In this document: positions 37,013 through 48,170 of the stretch, in pieces
How positions within the stretch are numbered: position 1 is the first letter of the stretch
Layout of the letters: each line of letters opens with the position of its first letter
Source of the DNA: an uncultured Thermoleophilia bacterium
GTDB lineage: Bacteria; Actinomycetota; Thermoleophilia; Solirubrobacterales; 70-9
Length of the DNA: 64,000 bases
Direction of reading: 5' to 3'
Assembly: GCA_963837405.1 (NCBI GenBank)
Contig: CAWINA010000007.1
Span: 9,600 to 73,599, forward strand
Notes under the pieces: generated by a model
Databases searched by the model: none
Seen by the model: the letters and a program-made list of their open reading frames with translations, nothing else
What the model was told of the DNA's origin: nothing
Program-made: the position numbers and the translations under genes

Positions 37013-38099
37013 TCAGGAAGCCAGGCCCAGCTGCAGCTGGCCGCCCGAGGCCGCCGCCGGCTCGGCCTCGGCTTCTCCATCGAAGCCTGCCACCCGTACC
37101 CCGAGCAGCCGCACCGGGCGCTGCGGGTCGTAGGCGCGGAGCAGCTCCAGGGCGGCGGGGACGACCACCGCGGGGTCGTTGGTCGCCGCCTCGACCGTGT
37201 GCGAGCGGGTCACGTTGGTCCAGTCGTCGAGCCGGACCTTGAGCCCGATCGTGCGCCCCGCGAGCTGCTTCTGGCGCAAGCGCTTGCAGAGCTCCTCGGC
37301 CAGCCCCCGGACCTTGGCCTCGATCTCGCCGCGCTGGTTGAGGTCGGTGTCGTAGGTCGTCTCGACGGAGACGGATTTGGTCTCCCGCTCGACCGTGATC
37401 GGGGTCTCGTCCCAGAGCCGGCCGCGAAAGTGCAGCCAGGCGCCCGAGCGCGGCCCGAAGGCGCCCTCTAGCTCCGCGCGCGGGCGGGCGCCGAGCTCGG
37501 CCAGGGTCGCGATCCCCATCGCCTCGAGCTTGGCCACCGTCTTCGGCCCGATCCCCGGGACCAGGCCGGGGGAATCGCCGCCGAAGCGCTCCAGCGCTTG
37601 CTCCCGCGAGAGCACAACCAGCCCCGCCGGCTTGCCCAGCTCGCTGGTGATCTTTGCCAGCAGCCGGCTCTCGGAGATCCCGACCGAACAGGTCAGCCCG
37701 GTCTCCTCGTCGAATCTGCGCCGCGATCCGCCGCATCGTCGCCTTCGGCGAGAAGATGCCGGTGAGGTCCAGATAGGCCTCGTCGAGCCCCACGACCTCG
37801 ACTATCTCGGAGTTCCGCCGCAGCACGTCCATCACCCGCGCCGAGGCCTCCCGATACGCCGGGAAGTCCGGCGCGATGTAGATCGCGTCCGGCAGCCGTC
37901 GCCGCGCCACCGCCGCCGGCATCGCCGAGTGGATGCCCGCCAGCCGCCGCGCCTCGTAGCTCGCCGTCGTCACCACCGCCCGCGGCCCCGACCCACAGAC
38001 GACCACCGGCTTCCCCTTCAACTCCGGTCGCCGTCGCAGCTCAACCGACGCGTAGAACGCGTCCATGTCGAGATGGGCGATCGTACGTTCGAAGCGCAC
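37013..38099 (-). pseudogene. dinB: DNA polymerase IV with one frameshift near 37710
   Basis: IAHLDMDAFYASVE..VGLDEAYLDLT in ORF 36993..38099 continues as ETGLTCSVGISESRLLAKITSELGKPAGL...PGIGPKT in ORF 37013..37615. Confidence 0.85.
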
Positions 38100-38252
38100 C
38101 CGCCGATCGTAGGGTGGGGGAGGGACAGATTTGGCGCCTTTCTCTACCCTTCAAGGCCAGTGTCCTCCCCCGAGGCGAAGAACCTTGAGGCGATCTCCAA
38201 GGCGATCGACCAGCACAACGCCAACTGCCCCTTCCCGGCGGCGGAGGTGCGG

Positions 38253-38438
38253 ATGAACCCGTTCGAGGTCGAACGGCTCGGCTGGGACACGATCCGGGGC
38301 TTGCCGGTGGTGCCTGACGGCGCCGTGGGCACGGGGCGGTTCCGAATCGTCTGCTCGCGCGACATGGAGGACGACGGCCTGGAGATCACCGAGGCGGTCG
38401 GCAAAGAGCTCGAGACCGTCACCCCGGTCCAGAATTAG
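38253..38438 (+). CDS. hypothetical small protein (start uncertain; GTG at 38160 is an alternative)
   Basis: GGAGG lies 5 nt upstream of the ATG at 38253. No family was recognised. The 3' end overlaps convergent ccdA by 20 nt. Confidence 0.3.
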   Translation: MNPFEVERLGWDTIRGLPVVPDGAVGTGRFRIVCSRDMEDDGLEITEAVGKELETVTPVQN

Positions 38439-39159
38439 ACTCAGAGTTCCAGAAGTCGAGGCCCAGTTCTTCGGCCCAGCTCTGGACTTCGGCGTTGAGC
38501 TGGGTGATTTCGCCGGTGAGGATGAGGACGCCCATCGCGATCAGGATCAAGCCGCCGACCGCGACGATCAGCTGGTAGTGGCGCTTGACGACGGTGAAGG
38601 CGGTGGTCATTCGGGAGAAGGCGAGGGCGGTGGCGATGAAGGGGATCGCGAGGCCGGCCGAGTAGACGGCGAGCAGGAGGGCGCCGTGGCCAGCCGAGCC
38701 GGAGAGCGAGGCGGCGGTGAGGATCGCGCCGAGGGTCGGGCCGATACAGGGCGTCCAGGCGATCGCGAAGGCGGCGCCGGCGACGATCGGGCCGCCTTTG
38801 CCGGCCCGCTCGAGCAGCGCGTCGACGTGCCACTCGCGGTTCAGCCGGGTGATGAAGAGCGAGGCGACGAAGAGGACGCCCATGAGGATGATCAGCACCC
38901 CGGAGATCTTGGTCAGCGGTGTCCTGTGGTCCTGGAGGAAGGAGCCGAGGCCGGTCGCGGTGAGGCCGAGCGCGATGAAGATCGCCGAGAAGCTGGCGAC
39001 GAAGAGCAGGCTCGGGCCCAGCACCCGGCGCCAGCCGGCGTTTTCGAGCTCGGTCGCCGAGACCCCCGTCACGGCGGAGAGGTAGCCGGGCACGAGCGGC
39101 AGCACGCAGGGGGAGAGGAAGGAGACGACTCCCGCCGCGAGGGCGGCGAAGAATCCCAC
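38419..39159 (-). CDS. ccdA: cytochrome c biogenesis / thiol-disulfide transporter CcdA (DsbD family)
   Basis: FLSPCVLPLVPGYL and WTPCIGPTLG Cys motifs; 6 TM segments. Confidence 0.85.
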   Translation of the reverse strand: MGFFAALAAGVVSFLSPCVLPLVPGYLSAVTGVSATELENAGWRRVLGPSLLFVASFSAIFIALGLTATGLGSFLQDHRTPLTKISGVLIILMGVLFVASLFITRLNREWHVDALLERAGKGGPIVAGAAFAIAWTPCIGPTLGAILTAASLSGSAGHGALLLAVYSAGLAIPFIATALAFSRMTTAFTVVKRHYQLIVAVGGLILIAMGVLILTGEITQLNAEVQSWAEELGLDFWNSESNSGPG

Positions 39160-39224
39160 TCCGGCAGCGGGATCGGAGCTGATCGTCGGCGAATACCACG
39201 GACGCTGAGGTTACCCTCAGGGCC

Positions 39225-40380
39225 GTGTCGACCCGCTCGCCGTCTAACCGCCCCTCGGGCCTCTACAACCCAGCCGGAACCGCCAGACGGCTCGCGCCTC
39301 GCCGCTGTTCGCGATCGGCCCCGCCGAGCCCGGCCCGTCGATCCGCCGCGGCTTCCTGATCGCGGTCCCGATCGGCGTCTGCCTGGCGATCGAGTTCGGC
39401 TTCGACGCGCCGACCCAGGGGGCGATCGGGACCGGCGCCCTGTTCGCCGGCTTCGTCGGGATGGACGCGCGGGCGCTGCCGCGGGCGGCCTGGCAGGCGG
39501 CGGTCGCCCCGGCGATCGGGATCGCCGCCGCGCTCGGCATCCTCAGCAGCCAGTCGGCACCGCTGGCGGTGCTGGCGATGGGCCTGGTCGGCGCGCTCGC
39601 CGGCTACTTCTTCGCCTACTCGCTGCGGCTGGCGATCTACGGCCTCTCGGTCTCGCTCGCGCTGATGGTCGCCCAGGGCTTCTTCCTGCCCGGTCGACGA
39701 GGTCCTGCCGGCGCTCGTCTGGGTGACCGCTCGGCGGCCTCACCCAGGTCGCCTGGTCGCTGCTCGTCTGGGTCTTCGCCGAGCGCCGCGCCCGCGGCGA
39801 GCCGAGCGGCTGGGACTGGCGACGCGGTCGCGCAAGGCCCTGCGCGAGAACCTGACACTCGAATCCGACGCCTGCCGCCACGGGATCCGCTTCGGCGCCG
39901 CGCTCGCGACCGGTGTCGCCGTCTACCGGATCTTCGACATGGACGACCACGGCTTCTGGATCCCGCTGACGATCCTCTTCGTGATGCGGCCCGACCGCGA
40001 CGAAACGTACCTGCGCCTGGTCCTGCGGGCGGCCGGCACGGTGCTCGGCCTGGTGATCGCCACGATCGCGGCGGAAACGATCGACAGCGACGTCGCCACC
40101 GTCGCGATCCTCTTCCTCGCCGCCGGCTTCTGCTTCGGCCTGCTCACCGTCCAGTACGCGCTGTTCACGACCGCGGTCACGGTCTACGTGGTGCTGCTCA
40201 CCGACACGCTCGGCGAGAACGCCTGGCATGCCGCCGACCTGCGCGCGATCGGCACCGCGCTCGGGCATCCTGATCGCCTTCCTCGCCTGGGTCCTGTGGC
40301 CGAACCCGGGGGAGGGGAGGGGCCTCGATTTCGCCGCCCTGCGACCGCCGCCGGACCCGCCGGATGCCGAGTCGCGCTAA
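39225..40380 (+). pseudogene. FUSC-family (aromatic acid exporter-like) membrane protein, at least 5 frameshifts
   Basis: LRENLTLESDACRHGIRFGAALATGVAVYRIFDMDDHGFWIPLTILFVMRP is typical of FUSC. The N-terminal TM region (39300-39690) and the C-terminal ILIAFLAWVLWP lie in other frames. The start is uncertain. Confidence 0.55.
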
Positions 40381-40437
40381 ATTCCTGGCTAGCCAGCCAA
40401 ACAGCCGCGCGGGACGCGGCGGACCAGGGGAGCAGAC

Positions 40438-41634
40438 TTGAGCAACAGGACTTACGTGATCGGGGTCGGGATGACCAAGTTCGAGAAGCCGGGCACCAAG
40501 GAGGGCGACTACCCCGACTGGGCCAAAGAGGCGGGGGAGAAGGCGCTCGCCGACGCCGGCATCCCGTACGAGGACGTCGAGCAGGCCTACGCCGGCTACT
40601 GCTACGGCGACTCGACCTACGGCCAGCGGGCGCTCTACCAGCTCGGCCTCACCGGGATCCCGGTCGTCAACGTCAACAACAACTGCTCGACCGGCTCCTC
40701 GGCGCTGTTCCTCGCCCGCCAGGCGGTCAAGGGCGGTCTCGTCGACTGCGCGATGGCGCTCGGCTTCGAGAAGATGGAGCCCGGCAGCCTCGGGGTCAAG
40801 TACACCGACCGCACCAACGCGCTCGACAAGCACGCGATGCGGATGTTCGAGATCCGCGACCCGGAGCAGTCGCCGCCGGCGCCGCAGATGTTCGGCAACG
40901 CCGGCCGCGACCACATCGCCAAGTACGGCTCCAACCCCGACCACTACGCCTGGATCGGGTGGAAGAACCACAAGCACTCGGTCAACAACCCCTACGCCCA
41001 GTTCCAGGACGAGTACATCGCTGGAGGACATCAAGGCGGCGAAGATGATCCACGAGCCGCTGACCAAGCTGCAGTGCTCGCCGACCTCCGACGGCTCGGC
41101 CTGCGCGATCGTCGCCTCCGAGCGCTACGTCGAAGAGCACGGGCTCGGCGACCAGGCGATCGAGATCGTCGGCCAGTCGATGGTCACCGACCTCAGCTCG
41201 ACCTTCGACACCAACGCCGACTGCATGACGATCGTCGGCTCCGACATGTCGAAGACCGCCGCCGACCGCGCTTACGCGGAAGCCGGCGTCAGCGCCGAGG
41301 AAGTCGACGTATCGAGCTGCACGACTGCTTCAGCGCCAACGAGCTCATCACCTACGAAGCGCTCGGCATCGCGGCCGAGGGCGAGGGCCACAAGCTGGTC
41401 GAGGCGGAAGCGACCACCTACGGCGGCGAGGGCCCGGTGGTCAACCCGTCCGGCGGGCTGATCTCGAAGGGACATCCGCTGGGCGCGACCGGGCTGGCGC
41501 AGTGCTCGGAGCTGACCTGGCAGCTGCGTGGGGACGCGGACAAGCGACAGGTCGAGGGCGCCAAGGTCGCCCTGCAGCACAACATCGGCCTCGGCGGCGC
41601 CGCCGTGGTCACGGTCTACAAGCCGGCGAGCTGA
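40438..41634 (+). pseudogene. thiolase-like lipid-transfer protein (SCP-x thiolase type) with a compensating frameshift pair
   Basis: YVIGVGMTKF..NNNCSTGSSAL and the C-terminal ELHDCFSANEL..GHPLGATG are in one frame. The middle (LEDIKAAKMIHEPLTKLQCSPTSDGSACAIV...) is in another frame between about 41017 and about 41310. Confidence 0.8.
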
Positions 41635-41667
41635 GGCCCGCCGCCCAACGAGGGTAGGAGGAGCGAG

Positions 41668-42557
41668 ATGGCGAAGGAGCGGCGTTCACTGAACGGCAAG
41701 GTCGTGGCGATCACCGGCGGGGCCCGGGGGATCGGCAAGGCGACGGCGACGGCGCTGGTCCGCAAGGGCTGCCGCGTCGCGATCGGCGACCTCGACCTGA
41801 AGCTGGCCGAGGAGACGGCGGCGGGGCTCGGCGGCGGCACCGTCGCGCTGCCGCTCAACGTCACCGAGCGCGACTCCTTCGCCGCCTTCCTCGACGAGGC
41901 CGAGCGCCAGCTCGGGCCGATCGACGTGGTGATCAACAACGCCGGGATCATGCCGGTGACCCCGTTCGTCGGAGGAGAGCCAGGATTCGGTCCGCCGCCA
42001 GCTCGACATCAACCTCACGGGGTGATCACCGGCATGCAGCTGGCGATCGAGCGGATGCGCCCGCGCGGCCCGGGCACATCGTCAACATCGCCTCGCAGGC
42101 CGGCAAAGGCGGCTATCCCCGGGATCGCCACCTACTCCGGCGACCAAGCACGCCGTGGTCGGGCTCAGCGAGGCCGTGCGGGCCGAGCTGCGCGACACGC
42201 GGCATCGAGATCGCCTGCGTGATGCCGACCGTCGTCAACACCGAGCTGACCTCGGGGGTCGGCCAGAAATGGTCAAACCGGTCGAGGCCGAGGACGTCGC
42301 GAATGAGATCGTCGACGCGCTCGAAGTCCCGCGCTTCGACGTCTGGGTGCCGCGCGCCAACGGCGCTCTCTTCAAGGTCGTCGCCCTGCTGCCGCGGCGC
42401 CTGGCGCGAGGCGATCGGCCGGGCGATGAAGGTCGACAAGCTGATGACCGAGGTCGACCACGGTGCCCGCCGCGCCTACGAGGAGCGGGCGGCGGCTAGC
42501 GAGCCGGAGCGCGAGGCGCCGGCGGAGGCTCCAGCGCCAGAGCGCGACGCCGCTTGA
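41668..42557 (+). pseudogene. short-chain dehydrogenase/reductase (SDR), about 8 frameshifts
   Basis: VVAITGGARGIGKA, NNAGI, IVNIASQAGKGG, YSATKHAVVGLSEAV and VMPTVVNTEL are all present but distributed over three frames. Shifts are near 41972, 42022, 42068, 42115, 42140, 42198, 42268 and 42405. Confidence 0.75.
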
Positions 42558-42584
42558 TGCATTGAGCCGGCTATAGCCGGCAGG

Positions 42585-43249
42585 ATGGGCCAAGCGATGG
42601 GACGGATCTACGACGCGACCTGGGGACGCGCCTTCTCGGCGCTCTACGACCGTGGTCTGAAGGCGACCGAGGAGGCCGGCCTGCGCGAGATGCGCCGCGA
42701 GCTGGTCGCGCGGAGCGCGGGGGAGGGTAGTCGAGCTCGGCGCCGGGACCGGCGCCAACCTCGAGCTCTACCCCGACGCGGTTGCGGAGCTGGTCCTGGT
42801 CGAGCCCGACCCGCACATGACCAAGCGCCTGCGCGAGCGGGTCGCCGCCGCCGGCCGGGCGGCGGAGATCGTCGAAGCACCGGCCGAACGCCTGCCCTTC
42901 GAGGACGACCGCTTCGATACCGCGGTCGTCACCCTGGTCCTCTGCACGGTGCCCGATCCGAGCGCCGCACTCGATCGAGCTGGCCCGCGTGCTGAAGCCC
43001 GGCGGTGAGCTGCTCTTCATCGAGCACGTGCGCGCGGGGGACCCCGGCCTGGCCTGCTGGCAGGACCGCCTCGAGCGACCCTGGCGCTTCCTCGCCGACG
43101 GCTGCCACTGCAACCGCGACACCGTGGCAACCCTCACCGACGCCGGCTTCGAGCCCGGAGCGGTCGAGCGCGGCGAGCTGCCGAAGGCGCCGCCGCTGGT
43201 CAGGCCGCTGGTCCGCGGTCGGGCGGCGCTCGCCTCCTACCGGTCCTAG
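42585..43249 (+). pseudogene. class I SAM-dependent methyltransferase, 2 frameshifts
   Basis: RVVELGAGTGANL (motif I), FDTAVVTLVLCTV and LKPGGELLFIEH lie in three frames. Shifts are near 42722 and 42972. Confidence 0.75.
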
Positions 43250-43791
43250 GAGCGCCGCTCCAGTAGACGACCGGCGACCTCGGCGGCGGTGACTCCAATG
43301 AACGCCCCGGCGACCACATCTGCGGGATAGTGGACGCCGGTATGCACGCGCGAGTAGCCGACCACCGTCGCCAGGGCACGCAGCGGCGCCGAGAGCGCCG
43401 GGAAGGCGTGGCCGGCGCCGGTTGCGAAAGCGTAGGCGGAGGCGGTGTGGCCGGAGGGGAAGGAGCTCGACTGCGGCATCGGCACCTGCCGGCTGACCAG
43501 CACCTCGAGCTCCTCGCGCTCGGGCCGGCGACGGGTGGTCAGCGGCTTGCCGACCAGGTTGGCGAAGGCGGAGGCGAGCGCGAGCGAAGCGATGCCGGTC
43601 TTCGCCCCCCGGCGCCCGCGGCTGCCGCCCAGAGCGGCGATTGCGGCCGCGCTGGCGAACCAGAGCACGCTGTGGTCAGCGGCCCGGGAGAGACGGCGCA
43701 TCGCGACGTCGAGGCGTGGCGTCTCGGTCCCGGCGACGGCCGCGTAGATCGCGGTGTCGACGGTCTTCGCCTCGGTCAGCCATGCGCGCAT
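43246..43791 (-). CDS. PAP2-family phosphatase
   Basis: KPLTTRRRP ... SFPSGHTASAYAFA ... SRVHTGVHYPADV (the three PAP2 motifs); 181 aa from the ATG at 43791. Confidence 0.8.
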   Translation of the reverse strand: MRAWLTEAKTVDTAIYAAVAGTETPRLDVAMRRLSRAADHSVLWFASAAAIAALGGSRGRRGAKTGIASLALASAFANLVGKPLTTRRRPEREELEVLVSRQVPMPQSSSFPSGHTASAYAFATGAGHAFPALSAPLRALATVVGYSRVHTGVHYPADVVAGAFIGVTAAEVAGRLLERRS

Positions 43792-43802
43792 CGGGCGATG
43801 AT

Positions 43803-45066
43803 ATGAGCCGCCGCCTCGCCGCGATCGTCGCGATCCTCGGCGCCGCCCTCGCGGTCGGAGCGGGCACCTTCGTCTTCGTCGATGAATTCCCGCTCGGGCT
43901 CGTCGTCCTCGCCTGCGTCCTAACCGCGGCTCGGCGCCGCCTGGTTCGCGCTGCTGCGCCGCGGCGCCGCCAGGTGGGCGGCTGGCGCGCTCGCCCTGGT
44001 ACTGCTCGCGGGCGCCGTCGTCTCCCTGCTCAGCGGCGACAACCAAGGCGTGCTCGTGATCGTCGCAGTTGGCTTCGCGCTCGGCGTCGTCGGCGCCCGC
44101 CGCGCCTTCAAGCCCGAACCGTTCGCTGCCCGCGGCACCGCGCCCGCGGCACCCGGTCCTCTTCGTCAACCCGCGCTCGGGCGACGGGCGGGCCGAGGAA
44201 GTCGGTCTGGTCGCCGCGGCGCGCCAGCGCGGCCTGGAGACCGTCGTGCTCGAGCCCGGGCAGGACCTCGAGGAGCTGGTGCGGGCGGCGGTGGGCAGGG
44301 GTGCGGATGGACTGGCGATGGCCGGCGGCGACGGCTCCCAGGCGCTGGTCGCGTCGATCGCCGCCGAGCACGACCTGCCCTACGCCTGCATCCCCTCGGG
44401 CACCCGCAACCACTTCGCCCTCGACCTCGGGGTCGACCGCGAAGACGTGGTCGGCGCGCTCGACGCCTTCGTCGACGGGGGCGAGCGTTATGTCGACCTG
44501 GGGGAGGTGAACGGGCGCGTCTTCGTCAACAACGTCTCGCTCGGCGTCTACGCCGAGGCGGTCAGCCAGGACGACTACCGCGCCGCAAAGATTCGCACCC
44601 TGCTGGAGACCCTGGTCGACACGTTGGGGCCGGAAGGGGAGCCGACCGAGCTGCGCTGGCGCGACGGTGACGGCGCCGCCCAGACGAGCACCGCCCTGAT
44701 CCTTGTCTCCAACAACGTCTACCGCCTCGGCGCGACGCTGGGCTCGGGGACCCGGCCGCGCCTCGACGAGGGGGTGCTCGGGGTCGTCGACTTCGAACCG
44801 CCGATCCCCGGGCCGGAGAGCTCCGCCGGCCGCTACCGCGAACTGCGCCAGCCCGAGCTGGAGGTCGAGTGCAGACGACGCCGATCCCGCTAGGAATCGA
44901 CGGCGAGGCGGTCACGCTCAACTCACCGCTGCGCTTCCGAGTCCGTCCGCGGGCGCTGCGGGTGCGGATCGCCCACGCCCATCCCGGCGCCTCACCCTCG
45001 GCCGAGGTCCCCAAGGGCGCTTTCAGCGGCCTTAGAGAGCTCCTGCGCATTGCAATGGATCGCTAG
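43803..45066 (+). pseudogene. diacylglycerol-kinase-family lipid kinase with N-terminal TM segments, about 3 frameshifts
   Basis: TM N-terminus, then VLFVNPRSGDG, LAMAGGDGSQ and IPSGTRNHFALDLG. The C-terminus IPLGIDGEAVTL is in another frame. Shifts are near 43930, 44150 and 44872. Confidence 0.7.
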
Positions 45067-45533
45067 TCGCCGCTGGGATCGAAGTGATCCAACCGACGCC
45101 ACTCGTAGCTGAGTAAGGGCAAGAGAACAATCGTGAGCCCCAGCATGGCCAAAGAAACGGTGACCAGCGAAAACGCAAACGCGTCTGCCCAGATCCAGTG
45201 GCCGACCGCAGCGCGCTCACTCAGACCCAGGCAAGTGATGATCCCGACGAATCCCGAAGCCCCGACACCGACGATTCCACCGACAAGAACTTCTTGGAGC
45301 TTGTCCCGGGCTCGACTGGAACGCGTGACGGCGGACATCTCAATGGCATAGGCAATGAGGAAGGTTCCACCGAGGCCCGCGAGTGAAAGGAGCAAATCCC
45401 TAGACGGCCTTTGAGCGACCTCTGCAAGGCTTGACCAGAGACACAGGGAGAAGAACAGGGTCACAGCTACAACAGCGAGAAACCCTCGCCAAACCGGCGA
45501 GGGTCCCCGGCCCCAGCGTCTGGTCCAACGCAC
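45063..45533 (-). CDS. hypothetical 4-TM membrane protein, lower GC
   Basis: 156-aa ORF with four hydrophobic segments and GC visibly below the surroundings. No family was recognised. Confidence 0.5.
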   Translation of the reverse strand: MRWTRRWGRGPSPVWRGFLAVVAVTLFFSLCLWSSLAEVAQRPSRDLLLSLAGLGGTFLIAYAIEMSAVTRSSRARDKLQEVLVGGIVGVGASGFVGIITCLGLSERAAVGHWIWADAFAFSLVTVSLAMLGLTIVLLPLLSYEWRRLDHFDPSGD

Positions 45534-45560
45534 GATAATGGTGGTTATGTCAACTTCCGC

Positions 45561-46330
45561 TTAACCGGCGGCTTCGATCGCGGATTCGAGTTCCCCGACG
45601 AGGTGACGGTGCCGAGCAGTTCGACCCCGTTCGTGTTGGGCCCTTTGACCATGAAGGTAGGCGTGCCTTCGAGGCCGAGGCGGATCGCTTCCTCGTGGCT
45701 GTCGTTGACTTCGTTTTTGATCTTGGCGCTGTTGCGGTCTTTGTTCCATTTGGCGATGTTCGGAGACGCCCGCGCCTTCGGCGATCGCGGTCAGGAACTC
45801 GTCGGTCACGTAGCCGGAGCGCTCTACGCCCTGGTTGCGGTAGAAGAGCTCGATGAAGTTCCAGCCGCGACCCTGTTCGCCGGCGGCGATTGCAGCGGCG
45901 CCCGCGGGTTCGGATTCTTCGCTGATGATAATGAAGTTGCGGAAGGAGATCTTCGCTTCGCCTTTGGCCACCGCGCCGTCGAAGATCGGCGGCAGCGCTT
46001 CTTCGGAGGCGGCTTTGCAGACCGGGCACTGCAGGTCGCCGAACTCGACCAGTTCGACCGGCGCTTTCGGGTCGCCGAGCACGAGCCCTTCCTGTTCGAG
46101 CCCTTTCAGCTCCTGATCGACCAGGGCGGCGTCCGTGACGTTGCTGGCGTCGCCGCCGTCGTCGCCGCCGGAGGCAGCGACGATCAGGACCGCGACCAGG
46201 ACGACCGCGAGGAAGGCGGCGCCGGCCCCGATCTGCAGCAGTTTCTTGCGTCGGTCCTGGCGTGTCGACCTTGCGTTTCGGCCTCCAGGCGTTCCTGGCG
46301 GCGTTTTTCCCGATCCTGCTTGCCGCTCAT
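45561..46330 (-). pseudogene. DsbA-like thioredoxin-fold oxidoreductase, membrane-anchored, about 3 frameshifts
   Basis: ATG at 46330, TM LLQIGAGAAFLAVVLVAVLIV, redox motif FGDLQCPVC, and later NIAKWNKDRNSAKIKNEVNDSHEEAIRLGLEGTPTFMV in a shifted frame. Shifts are near 46270, 45768 and 45600. Confidence 0.75.
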
Positions 46331-46355
46331 CGCTCTCCCTGGTCTTTGGTTGGTT

Positions 46356-46821
46356 TCAGTTCTGCAGTTGTTCGGCCGGCGCCGCGACCGGTCCGTCGGT
46401 CCCCGCGTAGCCGATCAGGCGGGCCGCATTGAGGACGAAGAGGATCGTCATCAGGATCGCGCTGCCGACGCACCACTGGCAGATCGCTTCGATCTCCCAG
46501 ATCTCCAGATAGGTCAGGTAGATGCTGAACCCGAACCCACCCAGCGCCAGCGCGAAGCCGCCGAGGCGCGCCATGTCGTTGGCGAAGAACGCGGTCGCCA
46601 GGATCAGGACATAGCCGGCGATCCCGAAGATCGCGACGTTGATCCCGGCGATTTCCGAGTACTCGCTTTCCGCCACGGTCTGCGCAGCCGTGCCCGCCGG
46701 CGACGCAGGCTGGCGCCCCACCGCCGGACTCGACGATCGTGATGTAGGTCGCGACACCCACCCCGAGGGCCGCGACGAAGGCGATCGCCCGCCGCAGGAA
46801 GGCTTCACTCGGAAATTTCAT
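46356..46821 (-). pseudogene. vitamin K epoxide reductase (VKOR) family protein with one frameshift near 46690
   Basis: The N-terminus MKFPSEAFLRRAIAFVAALGVGVATYIT...APACVAGGHGC joins ...SEYSEIAGINVAIFGIAGY...CQWCVGSAIL (CxxC) in a second frame. Confidence 0.8.
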
Positions 46822-46845
46822 AGCAATGGAAGATAACCATTGCTC

Positions 46846-47710
46846 TTAAGTCCCGCTTGAAGATTTGAGCGCCGCCGCGACGGCCGGCTCGGCGCAGAAG
46901 GAAGCGATCTCGCGCGAGAGTCTCCCCCCTGCCAGGCGAGCGGCGACTCGCCCGGCTCCTCGCTGACCAGCCGCGCCAGCGGCAGCGCCTCCGCGTAGGC
47001 CTCGGCGACCGCGTAGGGATGGCCGGGGTCGGCCTCGTCGTAGCTGGCAACGACCAGGGTGGGCAGATCAATGCGCCGAGCTCGTCGAGCTCGGCGAAGG
47101 GCCGCGAGCGCGGCAGCTCGCGCAGCGCCTCGACTAGGGCTTCTGGGTGCCGGTGCAGTGAGATCCGCTCGCGGGTGAAGCGCAGGACCGAGTCACGAAA
47201 GGCCGAGTCGATGCCCTGGTGCGCCTCGATGTAGGCGACGAAGCCGTCGACCCCGCCGCTCTCCAGCGCCGCCGCGAGGCCGTCCCAGTAGGCCAGCGTT
47301 CCCTCGCTGACCTCGCCCGTGTAGACGGGGCCGATGACCACGAGGCCGGCGAGGCGCTGAGGATGGCGCAGCGCGTAGGCGACCGCCGTGTGCGCGCCCA
47401 TCGAGTGCCCGGCGAAGACGAAGCGACCGTCCCCGACCTCGCTGGCGACGACCCGCTCCAGATCGGCGACCAGCTCCGGGTATCCATAACCCTCCCCCTC
47501 CGGGGCGGGGTCGGACTGGCCGTGCCCGCGAGCGTCGTAGGTGACAATCCTGAATCCGGCCCGCTCGAGCGAGCGCGAGCCGTGGACCACGTACCTACGG
47601 GTCGCGGTGACCCCGTGGCAGAGCACCAGCGGCGGCCCCTCCCCCGCCGACTCGCCGCGGATCGTCGGCGCCGGACCGAGCTCGAACGCCTGCGCGCCGT
47701 TCGCCATCAA
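46846..47710 (-). pseudogene. alpha/beta hydrolase, 2 frameshifts
   Basis: LVLCHGV, FAGHSMGAH (nucleophile elbow). The C-terminal PTLVVASYDEADPGHP and ...REIASFCAEP are in other frames. Shifts are near 47072 and 46928 (G-run). Confidence 0.75.
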
Positions 47711-48159
47711 GCGAGCTTGGCCAGTGCCTGCTCGATGTCGTCGAGCGACTCGTAGCCGAGGCCAACCACGCTCACCTTGCGGTGGCGGATGATCCCCTCC
47801 TCGTCGAGGATGAAGATCGCCCGCCGGACGAGGGGCCCGGCGAGGACCCCGTAAGCGCGGGCGACGCTCTTGTCCTCGTCGGCGAGCAGCGGCACGTTCA
47901 GGCTTTCCTCCTGCATGAAGCGCTCGTGGGAGTCGACCGACTGCGGCGAGATCCCCAGCATCTCCGCGTCGAGCCCGTCGAGCCGACCTCCTTCGTCGCG
48001 GTAGGAGCAGAACTGCTTCGTGCAGGTCGGCGTGAAGTCGCCGGGGTAGAAGGCGATGACCAGCTTGGACCCGCGGTAGTCGGCGAGCCGGTAGGTCTTG
48101 CCCCCGGTCCCCGGAAGCTCGAACTCGGGTGCCGGGTCGCCCTCGCGGAGCTTTGGCAT
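47707..48159 (-). CDS. bcp: peroxiredoxin (Bcp / AhpC-TSA family)
   Basis: [17 protein letters not shown] peroxidatic Cys motif; 150 aa. Confidence 0.9.
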   Translation of the reverse strand: MPKLREGDPAPEFELPGTGGKTYRLADYRGSKLVIAFYPGDFTPTCTKQFCSYRDEGGRLDGLDAEMLGISPQSVDSHERFMQEESLNVPLLADEDKSVARAYGVLAGPLVRRAIFILDEEGIIRHRKVSVVGLGYESLDDIEQALAKLA

Positions 48160-48170
48160 CCCGATCCCGC

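Noticed and set aside
39225-47710. Programmed ribosomal frameshifting or transcriptional slippage as the explanation for the frame changes
   Set aside because: There is no shared slippery heptamer or downstream pseudoknot at the shift sites. Both +1 and -1 events occur, up to 8 per gene, in unrelated families with no known recoding.
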